Source: Candidatus Aenigmatarchaeota archaeon
GTDB lineage: Archaea > Aenigmatarchaeota > Aenigmatarchaeia > CG10238-14 > SCSR01
Length of the DNA stretch: 25,893 nucleotides
Reading direction: 5' to 3'
Assembly (NCBI GenBank): GCA_039090665.1
Contig: JAWCSL010000010.1
Coordinates: forward strand, 1-25,893
Shown: one piece after another, positions 9,553-17,450 of the stretch
Position numbering within the stretch: the stretch's first letter is position 1
Layout of the letters: each line of letters begins with the position of its first letter
Notes under the pieces: generated by a model
What the model saw: only the letters and a program-made list of their open reading frames with translations
What the model was told of the DNA's origin: nothing
Database searches by the model: none
Program-made: the position numbers and the translations under genes

Positions 9553-9837
9553 ATGGAAATTGAAATTTTAGAAGAAAAAGACAATCCATTATTGAGAAGA
9601 AAAGAACTCAAGATAAATATCAAACACGCTAATTCACCAACACCAAAAAAACAGGATCTCATAAAAGAGATAGCTTCAAAATACTCTGTTTCTGAAGATA
9701 GGGTTTTAGTGAATTACATTTTCACAAAAAAAGGTCTTCCAGAGTCATTTGCAAAAGTTAAAATTTATCAAGAACCTATAAAAACCAAGCAAAAGGAGGA
9801 AGTTAAAAATGAAGCACAAATCAGTGAGGCAAAATAA
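9553..9837 (+). CDS. rps24e: 30S ribosomal protein S24e
   Basis: EEKDNPLLRRKEL, HANSPTP, AKVKIY; synteny. Confidence 0.92.
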   Translation: MEIEILEEKDNPLLRRKELKINIKHANSPTPKKQDLIKEIASKYSVSEDRVLVNYIFTKKGLPESFAKVKIYQEPIKTKQKEEVKNEAQISEAK

Positions 9838-9988
9838 ATTTTTCATCATAAAAGAGGGTAAAATAGAGAAAAAAGGAAGAGGTTGTGATAGATGTGGTGA
9901 AGGAACTTTTATGGCAAATCATGAAGATCGTTGGTATTGTGGTAAATGTGGTTTAACAATATGGAAAGAAGTATCAAAGAAGGTCTAA
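9809..9988 (+). CDS. rps27ae: 30S ribosomal protein S27ae (59 aa, absent from the ORF track)
   Basis: Manual translation MKHKSVRQNKFFIIKEGKIEKKGRGCDRCGEGTFMANHEDRWYCGKCGLTIWKEVSKKV*; GGAGG SD upstream; synteny after rps24e. Confidence 0.93.
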   Translation: MKHKSVRQNKFFIIKEGKIEKKGRGCDRCGEGTFMANHEDRWYCGKCGLTIWKEVSKKV

Positions 9989-10648
9989 AGCTTCTTGAAT
10001 TCTTGATATTTCTGGACCACTAGTGCTTTCTCCAACTAAAGCTCCATTGCTGTTGGCTATACAACAAGAGCCAACAAATGGTGATCCAAAATTTGCCGTG
10101 CCAATATCAGCTTTTACTTTTAAAACTTCTTCTACAATCTTTATTTCTTCTTCACTAACATCTCTATGGAGCAAGCAACCCTTATTTGTGGCTACTCCAC
10201 AAGAGCCAACAGTCTTGATTTTGGCTATACTTGAAAAAATTGTCTCTACACCTAAACAATCTTCTATTTCTTTTCTCTCTTTCTTACTCAAAACTTCACT
10301 CACAATAGCACCCTTTCCATTACACAGGATTAAATTACCGACTGCTGTGTATTTAGATTTTAAAATCAGTAAATTCATGTCAAATAGTTTTTTCAGTTCA
10401 AAAAACTTTTCTTTTTCCATTTCTGTCAAAATTTTAGTTAATACAATTCCATTTTCATTCAAAGCACAAAATATTCCCACAAAATCGGTATTAGACAAAG
10501 TTAGGGCAACCGTCTTGACTTTCAAAACTTCTTCAATTTTCTCCCTTTTATTTTCTAACACTTTGCCAAGGATACAAATTCTATCACAAGCTTTACCATA
10601 AAGTCCTAAATTATGGTCACCAAAAAAGTTTGTTTGCCATATCTTCAA
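9974..10648 (-). CDS. eif6: Translation initiation factor 6 (aIF6), TTG start
   Basis: TAVGNLILCN, VGSCGVATNKGCLLH, GTANFGSPFVGS, ANSNGALVG, TSGPEISRIQEAL. Confidence 0.95.
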   Translation of the reverse strand: MKIWQTNFFGDHNLGLYGKACDRICILGKVLENKREKIEEVLKVKTVALTLSNTDFVGIFCALNENGIVLTKILTEMEKEKFFELKKLFDMNLLILKSKYTAVGNLILCNGKGAIVSEVLSKKERKEIEDCLGVETIFSSIAKIKTVGSCGVATNKGCLLHRDVSEEEIKIVEEVLKVKADIGTANFGSPFVGSCCIANSNGALVGESTSGPEISRIQEALDLL

Positions 10649-10905
10649 ATTATCGCCTTTTCTAACTCAACTTTTACTACTTTTTCTTCTTTTTTAATCC
10701 TGAGTTTAAGCTTTGCTGGAGGTTTTTTTGCTCCTTTTTTCCAAATTTCTTCATTGACACTCTTATCTATTTTCACATCAAATCCTTTAAACATTTTTTG
10801 AATTTTGTTTCTCAAAAGAGTAACAACTCTTTTAGCTTTTTTCACTCTTCTTGTTTTTTCCAATTCTTTCCTTAAGTTTAAAGTTAAGATCCTCTCTTCA
10901 GCCAT
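10645..10905 (-). CDS. rpl31e: 50S ribosomal protein L31e, start revised to ATG 10905
   Basis: MAEERILTLNLR, VKIDKSVNEEIWKKGAKKPP; the longer track ORF would overlap rpl39e. Confidence 0.92.
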   Translation of the reverse strand: MAEERILTLNLRKELEKTRRVKKAKRVVTLLRNKIQKMFKGFDVKIDKSVNEEIWKKGAKKPPAKLKLRIKKEEKVVKVELEKAII

Positions 10906-10907
10906 AC

Positions 10908-11075
10908 TTATACCCTGAATCTTGTTCTTCTCCATTTTTTAACTTTATTCACAGAAATTCTTCTAGTTCTTGCTCTTTTAAGTCCAAATTTCCTTATATC
11001 TGCCCATCGTGGGGCATTTTTAATCTTCCTTATTTTACCCAATTTTATCTTTTTGGTTAAATGTTTAATTGCCAT
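10908..11075 (-). CDS. rpl39e: 50S ribosomal protein L39e (55 aa, absent from the ORF track)
   Basis: Manual translation MAIKHLTKKIKLGKIRKIKNAPRWADIRKFGLKRARTRRISVNKVKKWRRTRFRV*; PxW and WRR motifs; upstream of rpl31e. Confidence 0.85.
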   Translation of the reverse strand: MAIKHLTKKIKLGKIRKIKNAPRWADIRKFGLKRARTRRISVNKVKKWRRTRFRV

Positions 11076-11840
11076 TCAAATCAACTCCCTTATTTCTTTA
11101 CTTTTTTCCACAGCAATCTTTATCATTTTTTCTATTTCCTCCAAAGTAAGAGTACCACTATCTTGTTTTTGAATAGCACAAATTTTTCCATCTTCTCTCA
11201 CACACACACTTAACCTCGCTTCTATAACTTCTTCTTCTTCTAAAAGAGGATCTATTAAAAATTTATCTTTTATTTTACAAACACTAACATTTATGGGTTT
11301 GAATTGAATTGGCAAATTCTTTTCAAATTCCCCTCTCAAGATTTTTTCTCCTTCAATTTTTGGAATTTTGGTATTCAACAAAGCTACAAGGCTTGCCAGC
11401 GCAGAGACATCAAGCAAATTTCCTTTGTGATTTATGATGTGAATGTCAACATAAACACACCAAACTTTTTTCCCAGGTTCTATACAAAGCTCTTCCATTT
11501 TTATAGTTCGTGAAGATCTTATCCCTCTATCAACTACCCTCGCAAGCTCTATTGCATCTTCTCCTGGAGGTCCGGCTTCAAAATCAGGTGAAGCTAAAGG
11601 TGAGAATTCAGCATTAACCACAAGGATTCCCTCGTTTGGTGTATCTTCAAAAGGCTCACCAAGCTCAAGTTTTACTCCAACAATAACTTGTGTCTCACCA
11701 AATTTAACTAAAGCCGAACCTTCAGCATTTTTTATTACATTAGGTACTATTTCTATCTTTCTGAACTCTTCAAATTTCCTCCCATCCATTCTTTTTCCAT
11801 TTTCAATCATTTCAAGCACATACTCATCCATATTCATCAC
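11076..11840 (-). CDS. rrp42: Exosome complex component Rrp42
   Basis: RMDGRKFEEFR, AEGSALVKFGETQV, PFEDTPNEG, GPPGEDAIELARVVDRGIR. Confidence 0.95.
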   Translation of the reverse strand: MMNMDEYVLEMIENGKRMDGRKFEEFRKIEIVPNVIKNAEGSALVKFGETQVIVGVKLELGEPFEDTPNEGILVVNAEFSPLASPDFEAGPPGEDAIELARVVDRGIRSSRTIKMEELCIEPGKKVWCVYVDIHIINHKGNLLDVSALASLVALLNTKIPKIEGEKILRGEFEKNLPIQFKPINVSVCKIKDKFLIDPLLEEEEVIEARLSVCVREDGKICAIQKQDSGTLTLEEIEKMIKIAVEKSKEIRELI

Positions 11841-12550
11841 TTAAACTTCTCCTTTATTGCTTTCTTTTGCATCTCATAAATTTTTAAGCAAGCGTCTTTT
11901 GCAATTTTAATCAAGTTTTTTATTTCTTCTTCTGTGAGTAAGCCATCCATTTGAAGGAGTGTAACTTTTTCTTTGCCGGGCATCATGGCAAAAGCCATAT
12001 CACACTCAGAATTATTATCTTCAATTCCTGTCAAGTCCAAAATTAAAGTATTATTGATTTTTCCAACAGAACATGCTGTAACTAAATCTCTCATAGGCAC
12101 ACCAGCAGTAGCTAGAGCAAGGCTTGCAGCATTTATTGCAGTAACTCTTGTTGATCCATCAGCCTGGACAATTTCCACAAAAACATCTATTGTTGCTTTT
12201 GGAAATTCTTCCAAGAATATTGCAGGTTCAAGAGCAAGTCTTATAACTTTCGAAAGTTCTATGCTTCTCCTATCAGGACCTGGAGATTTTCTGTCAGTTG
12301 TGGAAAAAGGCGCCATGTTGTATCTACATCTTAAAATTCCACTTCTATTTTCTTGCAAATGTTTTGGATAAAGGGGTCTTGGTCCATATGCTGTGGCTAT
12401 GGCTATTGTGTTTCCAAATTTTACCATCGCAGAACCATCAGCTCTGCTAACTACATCAACTTTCATCTCTATAGGTCTTAATTCTAGTGGAGCTCTTCCA
12501 TCTAGTCTCTTCCCATCAACCAATAGCTTAACATCACTTTTTCCCGTCAT
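11837..12550 (-). CDS. rrp41: Exosome complex exonuclease Rrp41
   Basis: RLDGR, YGPR, YNMAPFS, RRSIELSKVI, QADGSTR, LLQMDG. Confidence 0.96.
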   Translation of the reverse strand: MTGKSDVKLLVDGKRLDGRAPLELRPIEMKVDVVSRADGSAMVKFGNTIAIATAYGPRPLYPKHLQENRSGILRCRYNMAPFSTTDRKSPGPDRRSIELSKVIRLALEPAIFLEEFPKATIDVFVEIVQADGSTRVTAINAASLALATAGVPMRDLVTACSVGKINNTLILDLTGIEDNNSECDMAFAMMPGKEKVTLLQMDGLLTEEEIKNLIKIAKDACLKIYEMQKKAIKEKFK

Positions 12551-12554
12551 TAGA

Positions 12555-13214
12555 TCAACCCAACATTTTATCTATCTTTTCCGTAAGACCAATAACATGA
12601 GACTCTTTTTCTATAGTTAACAAAGCTTCTATAGCTTTACTCTTGTTTTCTCCCTTTATCCAAATGTAGCCGTTTCTTCCAGGATAAATTTCACAACCAG
12701 TTTTTCTTTTTATCAAGTTTATCATGCTTCCTCCTCTTCCAATGATTCTCGGCACTTTATTTGGATTTATTTTGATGATCACACCACCATGAAGCTTTCT
12801 ACTTCCTATACTTTTCATAGAAACTTGTACAATCTTGTCTTTAGTGACTTTAGAAACCACACAAAAGATAACATCGTCAATATCAAAATACCTGCTTATA
12901 TCGATTTTGTAAATATCAACAAATTCTCTTACTCCTTCAGCTAAAGGTAAGAATGCAGTGTAGGGTGAATTTATATCTACCATCCAACCAGAAATTTCCA
13001 CACTCACTATTTTTCCTATCACTCTGTCTCCAACTTTTGGTATGTATACCCCAGCTAAAGGTATGACAGAAACTTCATTTTCACCAATTTTTGGAATTCC
13101 CAAGACTTTGGCAAAAACTTTTTCTCCTTCGAAATATGTTCCTGGCCCAACTTTTTTCCCCCTTTTTTCACACAAGAACTCTCCAGGCAAAACAATTTCT
13201 CTTTTTTCATTCAT
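12555..13214 (-). CDS. rrp4: Exosome RNA-binding subunit Rrp4
   Basis: IVLPGE, YIPKVGDRVIG, WMVDINSPY (S1 domain), KVPRIIGRGGSMI (KH domain), GRNGYIWI. Confidence 0.95.
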   Translation of the reverse strand: MNEKREIVLPGEFLCEKRGKKVGPGTYFEGEKVFAKVLGIPKIGENEVSVIPLAGVYIPKVGDRVIGKIVSVEISGWMVDINSPYTAFLPLAEGVREFVDIYKIDISRYFDIDDVIFCVVSKVTKDKIVQVSMKSIGSRKLHGGVIIKINPNKVPRIIGRGGSMINLIKRKTGCEIYPGRNGYIWIKGENKSKAIEALLTIEKESHVIGLTEKIDKMLG

Positions 13215-13930
13215 ACATCTTCCCTCTTAATAACTTTTGATTCAAAATTCCCATGAGTGAGTGAAGATATCTTCTGGAAAAGTTCGTCTTGCATTCCAGC
13301 CAAAATCTCTACACTCACAGACAAACTTCCATCACCTAACCATTCTTCATTAACTACATTTCCCACACTCTTAAACACATTGTAAGCATTCCCAGAGAAT
13401 TGTGGAGGTATTTTGAACTGAATCACAACTTTCTGAAACTTTATAGGCAATATAGATTTTATACTTTTTAAAACTTTATCTACTTGTAGTTCAGCTTCAA
13501 GAAAAGGATCTATATTAACTCCTGCTTGTTCCATTGCGTTTATTATCCTTTGTGGTGGGTGAGGTGTGTTGGTTTGTGGATTTATTCCTTTTTTTGAGAT
13601 TATGTTTGCTATTTGAATCTTCTTTTGTTCAATCATTCTCCTCCTTTGTTCAGTTGTTACCTGAAGTTCACCTTCCTTAATTATCTTTTCAGCTATTTTC
13701 ATGATATCTGTAGTGCCAAAAACTTTTTGAAGTTCTTGTAAAGAAACGGCTTCTCCTTTTCTCGAGTCTTTATAAACAGAAGGATAAGCAAGAAGATCGT
13801 CTATATTAACTTTACCTCCTTTTTTGACTTCTAAAGCTTTTTCCGGATCTACCAGTATTTCAAATCTTTGGCCAGAGTGTTGCAATCTTGCCACTACAGC
13901 TTTATCTACACTAACAGTAATATCCAACAC
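13211..13930 (-). CDS. sdo1: Ribosome maturation factor SBDS/SDO1; no N-terminal ATG (GTG 13930, TTG 13927 or ATT 13921)
   Basis: VSVDKAVVARL, RFEILVDP, VFGTTD, GELQVTTEQRR, INPQTNTPHPPQRI. Confidence 0.95.
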   Translation of the reverse strand: MLDITVSVDKAVVARLQHSGQRFEILVDPEKALEVKKGGKVNIDDLLAYPSVYKDSRKGEAVSLQELQKVFGTTDIMKIAEKIIKEGELQVTTEQRRRMIEQKKIQIANIISKKGINPQTNTPHPPQRIINAMEQAGVNIDPFLEAELQVDKVLKSIKSILPIKFQKVVIQFKIPPQFSGNAYNVFKSVGNVVNEEWLGDGSLSVSVEILAGMQDELFQKISSLTHGNFESKVIKREDV

Positions 13931-13965
13931 CTTAATAAATATGAAGAGTAGAAAAATAAATTTCT

Positions 13966-14698
13966 TTAAGCCCTCAATTTCTTGATTTCCTCTTCACTCA
14001 ATTTCTTAAATTTCTTCTCTTCTGCTCTTATTACGGCTATGTCAGCTTCTCCTTCTTTTTCAGTTTTTGAGATTATTTCTAAAGCGATTTTCAAAGCTTC
14101 AGTTTCGCTTAGATTTTGTTTCCATTTTTGTCTTAAAATTTTGTTGGCAATTACAGAACCTCTTCCTATAGCATAAGCAAACCATTCATAAATCATTCCA
14201 GAAGGATCTACTTCTATCACATGACTTCCAGTTGTGTCAACACCACCAATCAAGAAAGAAACACCATAAGGTCTTAAACCAGCGTAAAGTGTGGAAATTT
14301 GCATTCTATCAGCAACACTTTTCGCTAAGCTTAAAATATCCATAGGCTCTTCATAAGTTAGCCTATGAATTTGTGCCCTCACTCTAGCTTGGTTCGCTAA
14401 AACTCGAGCATCAGCAAGCAAGCCAGCGGCTACAGCAGCAGCATGGTCATCAAGCTGGAAAATCTTTTCTATGGATTCTGGAACCATTAAGGGAGTTTTT
14501 GGCTTGACTGTTGCAAACAAAACACCGTTTTTAAAAACCATTGCTATACAAGTTGTTCCTCTTTTCACTGCTTCTCTCGCATACTCAACTTGAAACAATC
14601 TTCCATCTGGACTAAAAACAGCTTTCACGGGCTGTAGGAGCTTCCTATCAGCCTATCGTGCGGTCATATCCCATGTACTCAGGTAATATCTCCGGAAT
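13966..14698 (-). CDS. psmA: Proteasome alpha subunit, predicted spliced gene: exon 1 14698(ATT) or 14674(ATG) to 14655, exon 2 14623 to 13966
   Basis: Exon 2 encodes AVFSPDGRLFQVEYAREAVKRG...GLLADAR...RPYGVS; exon 1 encodes PEILPEYMGYDRT; joining restores YDRTIAVFSPDG. Confidence 0.92.
14624..14654 (-). other. Predicted 31-nt bulge-helix-bulge (tRNA-type) intron in psmA mRNA
   Basis: Minus strand reads CACG-ATA-GGCTG-A-TAGGA-AGC-TCCTA-CAGCC-CGTG-AAA-GCTGTT; 4-bp CACG/CGTG helix between 3-nt bulges; contains in-frame TGA TAG. Confidence 0.82.
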
Positions 14699-14703
14699 TG
14701 GGC

Positions 14704-14711
14704 ATCACCTC
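14704..14711 (-). promoter_or_regulatory. Shine-Dalgarno GAGGTGAT upstream of psmA
   Basis: Complementary to the archaeal 16S 3' end (AUCACCUC); GGTGA motifs also precede trpS, rpoP, pfdB and the 17101 ORF. Confidence 0.7.
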
Positions 14712-14770
14712 AATTAATTTTATTTTATGTATTTAAAAATTTATGGTAAACTTTGATACTTTGAATTTCA

Positions 14771-15109
14771 TCAAAAATTCAGTCTTCTTATTGTTCCAGA
14801 AATTTTCAAAATTTTAAACACAATTCTCGAATCCCCAAGCCTTGGGATCAAACCAAGAGCTGCAATAACTTTTGCTACAGATTTGTTATTGCATTTAATC
14901 ACTCCGATTTGCTCTTTTTCATTCCACAAATTTTTTATTATCCAGAGAGAAAGTCCAGAAACTCCTAATTCTCCATAAAAATCTAAAAAAGAATTCCAAA
15001 TTGAGCTTTCAAGATCAGGATAACTTATTGGTCTTTCCGAAATCACTTTAAACTTTATATACCTTTCCCTTTCTCTCAAGCTTGGAAGTAAAGTTTTTGG
15101 TTTTTTCAT
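14771..15109 (-). CDS. rnp2: Ribonuclease P protein component 2 (Pop5/Rpp14)
   Basis: KTLLPSLRERERYIKF, FYGELG, GVIKCN, ISGTIR; upstream of psmA. Confidence 0.92.
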   Translation of the reverse strand: MKKPKTLLPSLRERERYIKFKVISERPISYPDLESSIWNSFLDFYGELGVSGLSLWIIKNLWNEKEQIGVIKCNNKSVAKVIAALGLIPRLGDSRIVFKILKISGTIRRLNF

Positions 15110-15426
15110 TTTCCCACCACTTCTTCAATCCAATTCAAATATTTTTCATTTCCTTTTTCAATTTTCAAACAAATTATTTCTGGAATTTTGTAAGGATGAT
15201 TTTTCAAGATTTCTTCCTTTATAGAAGAAAATAATTTTTCTTTTGTTTTCATAATCAATAAAACTTCTGAACTTTTCTCAATTTTTTCCTCCCACCAATA
15301 AATGCTTTTGACATTGGAAATGATGTTCACACAAGCTACGAGCTTTTTCTTAACCAGAATAGTGGAAATTTTTTCGGCACACTTTTTATTTGGACATGTT
15401 GTAAAAATTACAAAATTTCTACCCAA
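15106..15426 (-). CDS. cutA: Divalent-cation tolerance protein CutA, TTG start
   Basis: TTCP, KKLVACVNI, SIYWWEEKIE, EVLLIMKT, HPYKIPEII, YLNWI. Confidence 0.93.
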   Translation of the reverse strand: MGRNFVIFTTCPNKKCAEKISTILVKKKLVACVNIISNVKSIYWWEEKIEKSSEVLLIMKTKEKLFSSIKEEILKNHPYKIPEIICLKIEKGNEKYLNWIEEVVGK

Positions 15427-16135
15427 CTTTTCTCACCCCAGGCATGATCCAATTCTCGCTTCTTCTCTCTTTAGCTCTCTCAATTATTCCTTGAGGAATT
15501 TTGCTAACAGTTTCTTTAGCTTCTTTTAGTTCCAGTCCTAGCAAATTTGCAAAAGAAGCCAAACAGAGCGGATCTCTAAGTTCCCAATGAGTTAAAGCTC
15601 CAGAACAAGTTATGATTTTAACCTCATATTTTTTAGCAAGGTTCACATTTCTTGCCATGTTGGCTAAAATTTTTGATCTACTTGTTTTGTTTGAAAACAA
15701 AACTTCTCTCAAGTTTATTTCTATAGCAACATCATTTTTTGCTGCGAATTTCATGCTCACATGATCTAAACCAGAATCATTTCTTTGATATTCTGGATGG
15801 GTCAGAATATCAACTTCAGGTGTTTCACACGCAACCCTATTCATTTCCACATCTCCACCTCTTGCTAAAAGTATATCAAAACTTCTTCTTTTCTTTGCCA
15901 GCTCTTTTAACTCTCTTAAATCTCTTGCCTCAAATCCAAGGTAAGCTTCAATCCCCACTTCTTTCTTTATTCTTTCAATTTCAGAAAGTAGGAAATCTTT
16001 TTGAGTTTCATCTTGATAATAAAAAACGAAGCAAATTCCATGATAACCTAAAATTTTAGCAGTTTTTGCCACTTCTTCTAGACTTGATTCCCCACCGCTG
16101 AAAGCATTGTGAACGTGCAAATCAAAAAACTTCAT
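15419..16135 (-). CDS. rnp3: Ribonuclease P protein component 3 (Rpp30, PHP fold)
   Basis: FFDLHVH, GGDVEMNRVACE, VDILTHP, GLDHV..KFAAKNDVAIEIN, SGA...ELRDP. Confidence 0.93.
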   Translation of the reverse strand: MKFFDLHVHNAFSGGESSLEEVAKTAKILGYHGICFVFYYQDETQKDFLLSEIERIKKEVGIEAYLGFEARDLRELKELAKKRRSFDILLARGGDVEMNRVACETPEVDILTHPEYQRNDSGLDHVSMKFAAKNDVAIEINLREVLFSNKTSRSKILANMARNVNLAKKYEVKIITCSGALTHWELRDPLCLASFANLLGLELKEAKETVSKIPQGIIERAKERRSENWIMPGVRKVG

Positions 16136-16150
16136 ATAATTAAGAATTGT

Positions 16151-16393
16151 TTAACTGTATTTATCTTTTAACAGCTTCATAGACAATTTTGTGGGAAATT
16201 GATCTGAATTTTTCTCATTCTTTCTATTTTGTAGCTTCAAGTAGCTCTGGGATTTTAATCTTTTTGAATTTACAATATTTTCTCCTTCCTCAACATATTT
16301 TATTTGAGTACTCCTAAGCTCAACTAAAAATATGTGGGAAATGAAAGTCTTTTTCTCTTTTGGAGATTTTATTTCATAAAGAATTTTGCCCAA
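16151..16393 (-). pseudogene. Doubtful 80-aa ORF or decayed gene between rpl15e and rnp3
   Basis: TTG start, no SD and no clear motif; it fills part of a 390-nt gap in otherwise tightly packed DNA. Confidence 0.3.
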
Positions 16394-16525
16394 TTTTTAC
16401 TTTTTATTTCACAGCTGGTTCTAATAACCAAGACTTTTTCTGGCAACAAAATTATGAACTAGACTTTCGATTCTCTATTCAAAGGTGGGAAAATATTCTT
16501 GAGTTTCAACCTACTTTAAAAACTT

Positions 16526-17050
16526 TCATTTAAGTCCTCTTGCTTTTTTGCCTACAGCGGTTAAACCGCGAAAAGCTCTTCTCCTATGTTGGGGCTCACA
16601 AATCCAGTTTATCTTTGGATCGTTTTTTATGTGAGGATTTTGAGGATCAACCATTATAACTTCAAAGAATTTTGTGGTTCCATCTTCTGCTACTAAATAA
16701 GAATTTAAGACTTCTAGATTTGGAAACTTTCTTGCAGCTTTCTGTTCAGCTATTGCCTGTAAAGATTGTTTTGGGGTGAAGTGAACCATTCCAGCTTTAG
16801 AAGGTTTTCTCCCCCTGTGATATCTTGGTCTTTTTCTTCCACCTTTCCTAACTTTTACTCTAACAACAACAAAACCGGGTTTTGCTTTGTAACCTAAACT
16901 TCTTGCTCTATCAATTTTGGTTGGTTTTTCTATTCTTTCTACAGTATGTTGCTTTCTCCATTCAACAAGTCTTTTTTTCATAAGTTCTTCAGCTTCAGCT
17001 TTTTTTCTTGATTCTCTCATAAATTCATATCCGCTTTTCATTTTGACCAC
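16526..17050 (-). CDS. rpl15e: 50S ribosomal protein L15e (start GTG 17050 or ATG 17041)
   Basis: [54 protein letters not shown]. Confidence 0.97.
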   Translation of the reverse strand: MVKMKSGYEFMRESRKKAEAEELMKKRLVEWRKQHTVERIEKPTKIDRARSLGYKAKPGFVVVRVKVRKGGRKRPRYHRGRKPSKAGMVHFTPKQSLQAIAEQKAARKFPNLEVLNSYLVAEDGTTKFFEVIMVDPQNPHIKNDPKINWICEPQHRRRAFRGLTAVGKKARGLK

Positions 17051-17100
17051 AAATTAAAGCTTAAATATTATACTTTTTATAATTTTTAAAAGGTGATGGT

Positions 17101-17394
17101 TTGCACCCATTAGTTAAAATGATAATAGGACTGCTCCTCATAGTTGCAGGCATCTACTGGATACTGTATGGTCCAGCATCAGCTAGCTTGAATGCAATGT
17201 TAGCTCCTTACCTAGCTTCTCTAGGAGTTAAATCAACAGCTGCATGGAACGATTTCATGATTTTACTTAATGGAGGCCTACCACCCCTAGTAATTCTCAT
17301 AGGAATCTTTATAGTCTGGCTTGAGTGGGATGAGTGGAAAATAGAAAGAGAGCTTGCGGCTGAGGAGAAAAAGGCTAAAAGAAAGAAAAAATGA
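17101..17394 (+). CDS. Small membrane protein with two TM helices and a basic tail, TTG start
   Basis: Two hydrophobic stretches, WLEWDEWKIEREL, K-rich end; AGGTGAT SD upstream. Confidence 0.8.
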   Translation: MHPLVKMIIGLLLIVAGIYWILYGPASASLNAMLAPYLASLGVKSTAAWNDFMILLNGGLPPLVILIGIFIVWLEWDEWKIERELAAEEKKAKRKKK

Positions 17395-17395
17395 A

Positions 17396-17419
17396 TTTTT
17401 ATTTTTTTATTCTTCTTTT
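17396..17419 (+). terminator. Possible oligo-T archaeal terminator
   Basis: TTTTT ATTTTTTT ATTCTTCTTTT immediately after the 17394 stop. Confidence 0.3.
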
Positions 17420-17450
17420 AAATTAAGTAGTTTTAACTCAGGCCTTTAAA

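Noticed and set aside
13966..14628. Track ORF starting at GTG 14628 as the true psmA, or psmA as a simple pseudogene
   Set aside because: The conserved YDR segment is encoded just upstream in another frame, the rest of the gene is intact and syntenic, and the interruption is removed exactly by BHB cleavage rules
14630..14653. Hairpin as a terminator, SECIS/PYLIS-like element or stop read-through signal
   Set aside because: There is no U-tract, and the insert is 31 nt, so read-through of TGA TAG would not restore the frame
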